Source: Lama guanicoe (Eukaryota). Taken from it: 64,000 bases of DNA. Positions within the stretch are counted from its first letter, which is position 1. Each line of letters starts with the position of its first letter. Where the stretch lies: contig MU053652.1 of assembly GCA_013239625.1 (NCBI GenBank), positions 5,137,902 to 5,201,901 of the forward strand, in the 5' to 3' direction. Made by a program: the position numbers and the translations under genes. Of this stretch, positions 41,600-54,900 are shown one piece after another. Under the pieces are notes generated by a model that was not told the DNA's origin, did not search any database, and saw nothing but the letters and a program-made list of their open reading frames with translations.

Positions 41600-42165
41600 A
41601 AAAAAAAAAAAAGGCCCAAATGCACCCACATTCAACTGCCCTGTCACCCAACAAAACCATTACTAGGCAGACAGCAGGAGAAATAAATGCATGCTGACCA
41701 AAGACATGTACAAGAATGTTCATCAGTATCTTCATCATAATAGACCCAAGCTGAAACAAGAAATCTAACTGTCCAAAAATGAGAGAATGGATAACAAAGT
41801 GTAGTAAATTTATAAGATGGAATATTATACACAAAAGAAAAGAATAGTACTGATACACCCAATAGCATGGATATATCTCACAGGCATCACATTGCATGAA
41901 AAAAGCCAGACATAGAAGGGTACTTAATGTGTGATTCCACTTAGTGAAGTTCAAGAACAGACACGATTAACCGATGATAATTACAATAGTGGTTACCTCA
42001 AAACAGAAAGCACTGTCTGGGAATGGGCACCTTATGGATGCTAAAACATTCTATGTTGATCTGGTGGTAGACACATGAGTGTATACACACCTAAGAATTC
42101 ATCAAGCTGTACACTTAAGATTACTGCACACTATACGCACAACCAGATGTTTAACCTCAATAAAA
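41600..42165 (+). mobile_element. Old L1 (L1MC/MD-like) 3' end
   Basis: CCAAAGACATGTACAAGAATGTTCATCAG...AAAAAGCCAGACA...GTGTGATTCCACTT...AATTCATCAAGCTGTACACTTAAGATT...CCTCAATAAA. Confidence 0.85.
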
Positions 42166-42178
42166 GGGTTTCTTTTAA

Positions 42179-42322
42179 GGGGGAGAGTATAGCTCACTGT
42201 TAGAGTGTGTGCTTACATGCACGAGGTCCTGGGTTCAACCCCTAGTGCCTCCATTAAAAATAAATAAACCTAATTACTTCCCCAAAAAAACAAAACAACC
42301 CCCCCAAAACCCAAACAAACAA
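42179..42322 (+). mobile_element. tRNA-Ala-derived SINE (vic-1-like) inserted at the tail of the L1
   Basis: GGGGGAGAGTATAGCTCACTGTTAGAGTGTGTGCTTACATGCACGAGGTCCTGGGTTCAACCCC...TAAACCTAATTAC. TSD AAAAGGGTTTCTTTTAA (42162-42178) and AAAAGGGTTTTTTTTTAA (42323-42340). Confidence 0.92.
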
Positions 42323-44089
42323 AAAAGGGTTTTTTTTTAAAGTTTCCAAAAGTGGCAGAAACAGGCAAAGTAATGCCATTTACATTTAAATAAAGAATAA
42401 CTTACTAGGACTGGGAGTAGAATCTGGAAATTACTTGATATTTGTATCACTACACAAATATTATTGTTGTTTCTGGTAGCAACTAACAATGCTACCGTAT
42501 CTTCAGAAACAAAGCTGTGTACCTAACCTGTTTGGGGGCAGGTAAATGAATCCAAGAGGCCAGAGTCTATATTGCCAATGTACCTGGGAGGAGATATGCC
42601 TTGGACGACAAGGAGGAATGGCTAAGCAGAGGCTAGTGGTAAGAAAAAACTGAAGATGTACAGGAAGATAGAGGGGCAGGGGAAGGACACCAGAAGAACT
42701 AGAGAGGCTCTATTCTGGAACACAGCTTCTGCTTCAGAAGAATCAAGACAAAATGGGAAACATACCAATTAGTGTTCTCTCATTTGTGGTTTTTTATTTT
42801 TTTACATTGTACAAAATGGACTTACAGAACTTACCTGCAAACACCCTTTGCCCTGCACCAGTCTGCTTTAAAATAACACAGAGTTCTGAACCATGAGCTG
42901 CTCCTAAAGCAGATATTGTGAAGGAGGTATCAGGGAGAGGGGAAAGGAGGGCTAACAGGCAACAACATCATTTGTTGGGGTGCAAATTGTGAATGATCCC
43001 AAAACACAATGATGCTTAAAGTTGACACTATTAGGGCAGAAAGCCTCAATCACTTGCTGCTTTAGATTTACTAAGATTTTTTTCAGTGACTTTTTTTATG
43101 CCAGTGCCCTAAATTCTTGATTGCCTGCTGCATTAACTTGGCACAGTTCATAACTTGCACTCTAAATGTCTGCATGTTGGTAGGCAAGTGACAGGAGCCT
43201 GCTACAGTGCGATGCTCCTTCTCCAAGGTCCTGAAAGGAGAGGCCCACTGTTACTTATCTCTGAAGCTCTGAAATATAACCATGCTTGCTGAAATTATCC
43301 CAACATCCATGTACTCTCACGGATTCTGAAACTTCCTGGTTCTTACGCTACAACATTTTCCATGCTGCAAACACATCTCACAGAAGCCACGGTCGGACTA
43401 CATAGAATTCACAGGAAACCTCTTACCTACCTGAACTAATCCTTTCTCTTGGATGATGTATTCTTTTTACAAACATGGTTAACCAGTTCTAGTCAACAAT
43501 CCAAGATTCAACTACCTCAAATCATCAGGTATATATAATTACATGAGAGAATTTGAAATTAAAATACTGCAGATTGAAGGCCATAAAAATGTAATCCATC
43601 TCCCCATCAGCTCCAGCAGTCTCCCAACTGAAGGCCAAACTCCAGACAGATTTAAGACAAAAGCTCTTCTAGATGTAATTGTTAGTAAAAACCAGAAGTT
43701 TACCTACTGCCCACTGGCATCTATTAGCTCTAATACTTCAAAGGCTCATACAACAGCTCATCTGGTTTTGAGCTCTACAAATGCCTGAACATTCCTAAGT
43801 ACTTTTCAATTCAAATTCAAATGAATATTATTTTATTAAGGACAAACAGAAATACCAAACTTAAAAAAAAAAACAGAATAGACTATTTCCACTATCAAAT
43901 CCAGAATCCGAGTATCTGTGAGGCTGCACACTCCTGTAGTTGTGTATAATCATCCCACACACACACAGCACTGCAAACCCATTAGCAGCACGCTTAAATT
44001 AATAAAATTGTTTGTCTTGTCAGCTTGTGTTACACGTTGTACAAACTTGTTTGATAATCAGCAGAGGCATGACAATTCATTATCCTACA

Positions 44090-44285
44090 GGGAGCGGGTC
44101 TGAAACCGGCGGCTTCAGCTTTCAGCCGGAGCCGCTGCATCAAATGAGTGCAGCGTCTGCAGCCGGCTGCCGCACACTCTGAAGGGCAGACGCAGAAACT
44201 CTGCGCGCATCCTACTGTTCGCTAGCAGCAAGGGAGGTTTTCTATTTCACTCCCAGATACAAAAGCACCTACGGCTGCCCGGCAT
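44090..44285. promoter_or_regulatory. Small CpG-rich non-repetitive patch, candidate enhancer or alternative promoter
   Basis: About 14 CpGs counted by eye in about 190 bp within otherwise CpG-poor DNA. Contains TGCGCGCA and the palindrome GCAGCCGGCTGC. Confidence 0.45.
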
Positions 44286-45089
44286 CAGCAGGACTGTCTT
44301 TTGAGAAATCTCAAACAAGACCAAGTCAACTTCTTCTGGTCCTTGGATCTACTGGCAAGGGTAAAAGCTGGGGTCAGATTTTACAGCGGGTTTTAACATC
44401 AGTGCTTGGTTCATATTAAACCACCAAGTGTTACTCTTCTACAGCAAAGATGGGGAGGGTGGGGAGGGTGATGAACCCCGCCCTGAACAGCAGAAAGTTC
44501 TTTCGATTTCACTTCCATCAGCTGCCTCCACACAGCAGCTGCACACAGGTGGGCATTTAGTGGTCACTCCATTGGCTGTGGAAGAACAAAGTGTCACTCT
44601 CTTCCTGGACTCCATGCTGCCCATGCCAACAATGCTGCACTGGATTTAGCAGGAGCCTACCTGGGTGTTTTCGGTAAAAGGAAGTACTCGTCAGGTACAA
44701 AATATACTACTTGGCAACATTTACCCAAAATACAAATTGGTGGCAGATGGAAGACCATATTCCAGTTGCTTTTTGTAGGTTCCAGTGATCACCTCTATAA
44801 CCTAGCCCCATAACTAAGCAAGCTTTGCTAATCAGAACAAGTCTGTGGACCCAAAGGGATTTATTCAGATCTGAAAGAAATGAAACTTTTGGAAAAGTAA
44901 AAATGCTAATGAAAATAAGACCCACAACTTGACTACTATATTCCCTTAGGTGTTTAATGCTTATCATTACTGACCTATCAGACCACTGAAAGTTTTGCGG
45001 TCCAAAAGCAGTTTTCAACTTTCTTCCCCAAAGTGAAGGAGTATGGGTTCCCCATTTGAAGCTGGAGAAATCTGGCCACCCATCAAGTC

Positions 45090-45432
45090 TGTGGTATTTA
45101 TTGCCTCTTTTTCTCTGGGAGAGGATAATAATCTCTCACCTCACTGTCAGGCTTGGCCATGTGGTTTATAGAGCCCTTCCCAGAGGCAGGCTTACACAAG
45201 GCTGTCCTGGTGAACTTGGGAGGGGCCAGTTAAACCATGATGAGTCAGTGTTGACTGGCATGTCTCTTTTCCCTCCACTACAGCACAGGTAAAATCCCAG
45301 ATAATGAACGATCCATCAGCCTGAATCATAGCCATCACCTACCTATGATGGACGTATGAATGAGAAATAAACCTCTATTATTACAAACCACTGAGCTTTT
45401 GTTACTGAAACAGAACTTCGCTTAAGTGGACC
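45090..45432 (+). mobile_element. MaLR LTR (MLT1J-like)
   Basis: TCAGGCTTGGCCATGTG...TCCATCAGCCTG...ATGGACGTATGAATGAGAAATAAACCTCT...AACCACTGAG...TTGTTACTG. Confidence 0.65.
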
Positions 45433-46899
45433 AAATAAAAGCTATAGGAAATTTGGTCCTAGCAAGGATTTTTATAGTTAAAAGCAACAAAACATCCAGA
45501 GAGGCAGAAAAGAATCTTCCACAGAATGATGGCTCACTTTAGGAAAGCAAAAATTCTTTTACTCTAACTGACCTCCTCAACTGGAGTCCCATTTTCACTC
45601 AAGATGATAATCTATACAATTCCAGCAGAGAAATCATTTTCTATCCTTCAAAACAGAAAACACCGTGGCACAAAATGACACATCATATTCAGAGTGTCTA
45701 GTACTGGTTTCATCTTTCTCTGCTTCCTCTCTTGCTAAAGGCTGTTAGATCCAATTCATTTCTAATTGATAATCTACTTTGGGCTAAGTGTGAATAAAAT
45801 ATCAACAGGCTCTGAGTTTTCAAGGGGGCTTGACTGAAAGCTAATTTAGGAAAATAACTATTTTGGCTCTTTCAGGAGTCTGAATTTTACTTCTCACTGT
45901 ATCTGGATAGGTGAGGTATGACAAAGAGGTTACCATTTTAGCAGGATTCCATCAGGACAAAATTGTATTAGCAGCACGGAGTCCAAGAGATAAGATATAG
46001 GAAGTGTTGAAGCACATTTCTGTGTCAAAAAAATTCTTCAGGGTCCTAAGAAGGCAGGATACGGCAAATAGTACCTTAATGAATGTAATAATGAGGGAAG
46101 GAAAATCCACAGACCAGGCTGCTCCACCTTACGCTGTTTATACATTCGGGGTTTTCTGCTGAAGAATCAAAAGGTTTATCAGAAACAGATGCACTATGCA
46201 TCTAGGCACCCTAGGAACCTCTCCTGCCCTACTCTCTTCCCAGCTCTATTATATAACCAACGATCAGAAAAAGCAAGGATTTGGTCGGAGGCGGGAGTTG
46301 GGGTTGGAGAAGGGGGAGGGAAGCATCGTTTTCAATTTAAAAAAATGAAAAAGAAAAACAACATCTCAATTTTCATGCCCAGCACACCGACATACATCTG
46401 GCTCCCAGCATCCAAGGCCCCCATGGGCCTGTTGTACACAACCTCTGCTCTTTGAGATTCAAGAATATTGTTTCCTATTATCAATATAGTTGTTAGTGAA
46501 AATTTTCCATTCAGATTTTCCTTCCCAAAGCATAGAATACTCTATTAAGGATTTAAAACATATCGCTCTGAACCCAATCTCTTCTACACCGAACTCTGAG
46601 CTAAGACACTTGACAGGAATTCGTTATCCAGGAGCAGGCACTGAACCTCTGGCCCTCTGCAGCCTTGAAGAGGGATGCTATTTGTCCCTAAAAAAAAGCT
46701 GCAAGTGAGTTAAGATCACTGGGTCAATACCGTGTTTGTCTCCAAGATGCCAAACCACACAAACAAGAGTTCAGGGGGAAGAAAAAAAAGAAACCAGCAC
46801 CTGATCAACGCTAAGCCAGCTGTCTTCAAAGAGCCACTCCTGAGACGGCAGCGGAAGAAAAGGAGGCCAAGTCAGAGGCCAGCGCCCAACACCTTGTAC

Positions 46900-47232
46900 C
46901 AGGAGGTGGGCTGGCAAACTTCTGCCCACTGGCCAAGTCTCTCACCTGCTCCCTGGTTTTGTATGGCCTGTCGACTGAAAATGAGTTTCACATTTGTGAG
47001 GAAAAAGTCAGAGAAATATCTGGAGACAGGTGCAAATAACATGAAATTCAAATTTCAGCGTTCATAAATGAAGTTTTGTTGGAAGCCAGCCACAGCCATC
47101 ATTTAGGTGGTGTCTATGGCTGGTTGCAGCTCCAGTAGCAGAGTTGAACTGTTGCGACAGAGCTTAATATTTACTAACAATTACTAACAATATTATTTAG
47201 CCCCTTACAGAAAAAAAAAACAGTGTCAACTG
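46900..47232. mobile_element. MER58B-like hAT-Charlie DNA transposon
   Basis: GGCAAACTTCTGCCCACTGGCCAAGTC...TTTTGTATGGCCTG...ATGAAATTCAAATTTCAGCGTTCATAAATGAAGTTTTGTTGGAA...GCAGAGTTGAA...GCCCCTTACAGAAAA. Confidence 0.8.
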
Positions 47233-47249
47233 TAGCCTTCTGCTCTCTA

Positions 47250-47445
47250 AATTCCCCCTGTGCTTCCCCTAGAGAAACAGGGGACAGGCCCAGAGCTCAC
47301 CACTGGAGCCATCGGGGCATACAGCAGAGCAGTCCTGCTGGCAGGAAGGGGCTGGCTGGGACTCCTGGACAAGTGGGCAGATTTATCTTTTCATTTCCCA
47401 TGCCTAGCACACAATAGGTATTTAATAAATGCACATCACTGAATG
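47250..47445 (+). mobile_element. L2 3' tail
   Basis: CCCATGCCTAGCACACAATAGGTATTTAATAAATGC...TGAATG. Confidence 0.55.
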
Positions 47446-49135
47446 GCTTGTGAACGAAAGCAAACTCACCACACAGGGTTTACCGACACACCCAACCCCT
47501 CCAAATTTCCACCCACTCGTTTTGAGAAACCACAGGACACCAAGAGCTGAATGAAAACCACTCTCAATTTATATGGAGACCAGCATGCCCAGTCTAATTC
47601 CTGCTGGAATCAACTCTCCAGTTCTATTAGGAAGACAATCTCCAAGGATGCTGACAGGAAGGAAGAGATGAGGAGGGGAAAGGCTGACATGCTACGTCTA
47701 AAAACATGGCCGGCTTAGCTGGATCCCAGCCAGCACCCGGCCGCACTGATCAGATATTCACAGAGCAGCACAGAGAAAGGAAGAGGAGCGGGGCAAGCGC
47801 TAGCCTTACACTCGGATGCTACTTGTGATTCAGGCAACAGCTGCACATCGGGTAATGCTCCCATGAGCAGTCAGCTGGGGAAGCGCTGGGTCTCGTCCTC
47901 ACTAAAAGCTCCGGCTGCAAACCCACATACGCTATTTGGACAGCCAATTGCCCGTGACCAGGCCAGTGTCCAGACGGTGCTGAGGAACCAGGGAATGCAG
48001 GAGGGTCACTTGTTCGTAACAACAATCCTGGCAAACTGAAAGGACCCTCCTTATTTTCCAAATCTTCCCCTAGCTGAAGATTTGCCAGAGCAGAGACTTT
48101 GCTGTGCATCCCACAGAAGCGCACGCCATTATCTTCCAAACACATGAGGACACAGAGGCTCGTCTCTCGAGAAAGAATGTCCCCAGGGCAAATGACGCCT
48201 ATAACCCAAGGTTCCCTCCAAGTTTCTTTTATTTGTTTTTTAATCAGCAAATTTGTCTGCCTTGGAAAGCCTTCCCCATTGTAACCCATCCCTCCAATCA
48301 TATGTCTAAAACCAGGGGAAACACCGGGGTGGTACAGAGAGTCTGATGTGGGCCACGCACAGACACAAAGGCACACTCCCACTTTTCATCCATTATTCCA
48401 GACAATGCTGATCTCTACACTGTCTTAGCGAACGAGTCTCGGGTGCTCAGAGCCAAGCCAGAGTCTGTGAAAGCCACCTAGAGGAGTTAAGAATGCTTCT
48501 TTTGCAGCTGCCACAGACAGGTGAGGAGCCCCTGAGAAGATCCCAGACCCCCTCAGGACAGGGACAGTATGTAGGTGGCAGGAATGGAGGGGGCAGGATG
48601 GTTACCTCCTCCCCAATTAAGCATTTCACCCTTTCCAGTTTGGGGCGGCATGAGGCCTGCTCCTCTTGTCTACCCCTCCCACCACAGCTCCCTCCCTGTG
48701 ATGGGGGGAGCCTGGGGGGAAGCAGGGGCACAGTCTCCCTCCGCCGAGCCCCTGTATGTAACTTGGAGTGTGTTACCTTCAGACCTTTCCACTTGTACTT
48801 TATGCAAAATGGCTCGTGTGAGGGCTGCAAGCTGGAGGGTTGTGCAGGCCTCAGGCCACAGGGAGGCACCTGTGGAGTAGGGGAGTTCATGTACCCCTCT
48901 TTTTCCCCAGAGGGTCTGGACTCAGGTTAGTCTGGAGGTGGGGGCTCCTGTACTTTGCCACAGGCATGGGGAGGGTTCTCTCCTCACCCTCTCTGCCCTC
49001 CAAACTTGGGTTGCACTTTCCAAGAAGGTGATTTTCCCCTCCCCCCGTCCCCATCCCCAGAACAAAACATGCTGATCATGTGCAATATTTCTTACTATGC
49101 CGAGAAGCCACAATGACCAAGATGAAAGCTGTTAA

Positions 49136-49158
49136 ACACACACACACACACACACACA
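49136..49158. repeat. Microsatellite (AC)11
   Basis: Read directly from the sequence. Confidence 0.95.
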
Positions 49159-49590
49159 AAAGAATGCTTCCTTTGAACCATGTCTGACCACCCAAAGCCT
49201 GAAGTCTAGGTAGGCTTAGCTCCCCTCAGCAACAGAGGACAGACTGAATAGGCTTTGACAAAAAATGCTGCCAAAACAACAACTTAAAATGGACTTGTTT
49301 GTGGATGTTGTCTGAATCTTTAGGTTGGCCTCCATAACATCAATAAAGCATCTAGAATGGCCTGCTTCATTAGTCACTGGTAGTAAACCAAACAAATTCT
49401 ACCACCAACGTAATTACCATTACAAACACCCTAGAAGGAAGACTAACTTGATGGGAAGAAAAGCATGGAGTCCACAGAGATTTCTTACATTTTACTTTCT
49501 GCTTATTTCTGGTTTGGTGGGTAAAGAGGGTAGATGGCGGTGGTAATGTCCTCTGTCAAAATTCTCTAGCAGAGTAATAGCATCAAAGTA

Positions 49591-49937
49591 CAGGTCTATT
49601 TACAATCATGAACTCTTTATTAAAAGCTCTGAAAACCAAAATGTAGTTTTCATTACACATTTGCTAGTAAAACTTAACCTAATCTAAATTTGCTGCAAAA
49701 CCTCACCTGAACAGATGTGATGTTAAAGTCTTTATCCCATTTAGTGTCAAGATACATATGTTTCATTGCAAACATATTAATGTGTTTAATTATGGGGCTG
49801 CTATCCACAATCCCACTAAGGGTGGTATGTAATTAATATACCATACTTGGACCATATACCCTTTCCAAAATCCAAGAACTTCCAAGTTCAGAAACATCTG
49901 ACCCTAAAGGTTTCTGACAAAGGACTTGTGGGTCTAT
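49591..49937. mobile_element. MER46C-like TcMar-Tigger DNA transposon
   Basis: Termini CAGGTC... and ...AAGGACTTGTGGGTCTA, with internal CCTTTCCAAAATCCAAGAACTTCC...AAACATCTGACCC. Confidence 0.65.
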
Positions 49938-49939
49938 GT

Positions 49940-51980
<2,041 letters not shown>

Positions 51981-54900
51981 ATAAGACACTTGTTTTTAAA
52001 ACTGTGTTTAAGCTTGTTGCTCAATGAGATAATTTAGAGGAAGACATATTTAAACCCTTTTCTAGTCTCACCAGGTTCCTAGGCTTAATTCTCATATATA
52101 TGATTAGGGTATCTTTTGAAAACTTGTGAACTTATTTTGAGATTACTTTCGCCATGTATCAGAGGGTTAAAAGACTTCATGGCTACAAATTCAGACAATA
52201 ACCACCAGAATACATACACCTGGCTGGTGTAGTTATGGTCCAGAGTACCCAAAGGTGGGTGGCAGTGCTCTGGAAGTGTGCTGCCATGTGTACAAACTCG
52301 GCTCCCAAGGCACAGATGCAAAGACCTAGTCAGAGCAATCATGTGTTACCAAGTGTTATGGTCGGTCTGCATGGAGTCAGAATGCAAGAGACAAGATGTT
52401 ACAACATGAAGATACAGGAGACCAAGCCAAAACAGCGGAAGAATCACAGGCAGAGTCAGCCAAGACAGAATGGCTCTCACGAGTGTCAGATACTCCCTTC
52501 AATATCCTGTTTTCACACAAGCTTATGTCTCCAATGAGCTAGAAACGAGGTCAGAGGAACAGGCTAGCACAACACTGACTCAGGCAATTGATAACCAAAC
52601 ATATAAGAAACATAAAAGACCAAGATGTTTCCTAATCCAAAGCAATACAACACACATAGAAAGGGGTGAGCAGGGGGTAAAGTAACCGCATCTGGGGCAC
52701 CATCATATAAAAATGTGGTAATTCTACAATCATCAAGATACACTGTTCTCCCCTGTTGTCTACAATAGTTTCTTCCTACATTAGTCAAATAAAAGGCAAA
52801 GAGAGAAAGCCCAAGTGACAATACGACGTGGTGACATTGATAATAGAAAGGCATGAGTCGCCTTTAGCTAAAGAACTGCAAAAAATGATTACAGTGCCGT
52901 GTCCTAAACAATTAGTCCTTGTGAGAAAACACTCCGCTGTGGGCCTACACAAGCAAGAGCTGTTTCCTCAAACCACTGATGTTCAGTATCGTCAAATACG
53001 TCAACCAGGCTCTGATAACTGGTGTCAGTTGGAAGAAAGTTTTTTTTCTAAAGGATCTTCCAGGCCGAACATCAAGTTTGTGAATTCTGACTCCAATTTC
53101 CCTCCGTGACTGTAGCCAGAGAAACCACTCCTCTCCAGAGAACACATTCTCACAGAAATGTCCCTCGACCCTCAAAGCCAATTCCTTGGAATACCCTGCA
53201 AGCCTGGAACGCATTATGGTAACTGGCCATGTTAGTACACGTGTTGTATTCTGTATGAGCAAAAACCAGAAGCCATAATTATTTTAAAGTCCACGATCCT
53301 TCCGAGAGACAAGGACAGGAATGGCCATGGGCAATCCAATCCTACACGTAAGAGTCCTTCCTACAGCCACATGGGCTACTTATAGCCAAGACACAACATT
53401 CAGGGCCCTGGACAAGTCATTTAATGATAGGACTCACCAACATGTCTATACTTTTCAAAGGAACAGAGATGTCTGTCACTTTAAAGAACTTAGCCAACCT
53501 GGAAAACAATCCTAGAAATCACATTTTCCCTTCATTTCTCTATGAACTCTGCCACCCAAGGTACACCCTCCACATACACATCAAAAGACACCTTATGTGT
53601 ACTGAACGCAAAGGCATTCATAAAGTGTTTATTAAATTATCCTGACACAAGTTTTTTTTAAGTTATTTTAATGCCGAAGAAAACACAGAACAAAATGTGC
53701 TTGCAAAGAATACAGCACAAGAAAGTACACTGCTAAGATTGAACGTTAGCAGCCTTTGTTAGCCATTTCTGCAACTCACTGATCAGCGGCTCAAAGTGGC
53801 CAGTCGTTGCTCTGGACTGAGGGAAGAGGGACTGGACATCAATACAGCCACATAAGCTCAGGGTATAAATAGGTACTTCTGTACTACCAAAAGCCAGACA
53901 TCAGTTGTCTAGCCTAAAACGCCACCACACTCAAAGGATGAATGTTCACAGGATGCAAGGAACAGTAGGAAAAGGCCAGCCGCACAGGGCAATCAGAAGC
54001 ATGTCTCAATAAAATAAGGCGCAGAAAATTAGGAAGGAGGGAGACTTCCCCTCCACCAGCAGGATATCTGTGTTTCCATTCTTCCTTCCCATCACCCATG
54101 CCCTCATCTGATGAAGTCTGTGACATTACAAACAGATTTCTCATTTAAGCATTCATTGGCTCCTGCTATTTCCTCCCACCTCAAATCACAATCCCTATAG
54201 TTGAGGCCCAACAATTGGTTGTTATGGAAATGAACTGTTATGGAAATGAACATTAGACCACGAGGGCCCAACAGCTAGTTCAGGGGGCAAGAAAGAGCTG
54301 AATGAGAAGTGTAAGGAAATGAAGACCTCTGACTGCTTCTGTTTTTAAGACATTGGTCTGACCGAAGCTATACCTTTTTTTTTACATTATTTCTAAAATT
54401 GCAATGCATTACAATGGCAGGCAGCGACTGTGCTGTGAAACAAAAAAGGGATTTCAAAAAACGCATCATTCTCTACCATGACCATTCCCCGCAGGTGCTC
54501 CCCACTATCTGCCTACGGGTGCGTATGCGTAAAAACAGCATCAGCAGTCAGGGGTGTGCACAACTGTGGCCTCCTGGGTAGGTGAGTGTGCAGCACACCC
54601 AGACAGCCTCGAAGTCGTCTCAACACTTAGGAGGCCCAACAGACAGGAGCTCAAGGTGGGGGCTCTGATGCAGACCCCCCCGGCCCGATGCCTCCCTCAA
54701 ACATTCAGACCCTTCAGTGGCTCAGGCCACCCAGGACCACCACTGATCACCAACATTTTATCAGACTATACAGGTTTCATGAGTTGGAAAGGTTATCACA
54801 GACTTAACTGTGTCTATGATGGAGCTGCTCAGTACACAAAAGAAGATAAAAGTCACTTTTTTGGGTAAGTTTGTGGGACTCCTTGGAAGGGGAACAGAAA

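Noticed and set aside
47819..48930. Overlapping 145-187 aa ORFs on both strands
   Set aside because: The GC-richer stretch has fewer stops, and the peptides resemble no family I recognise.
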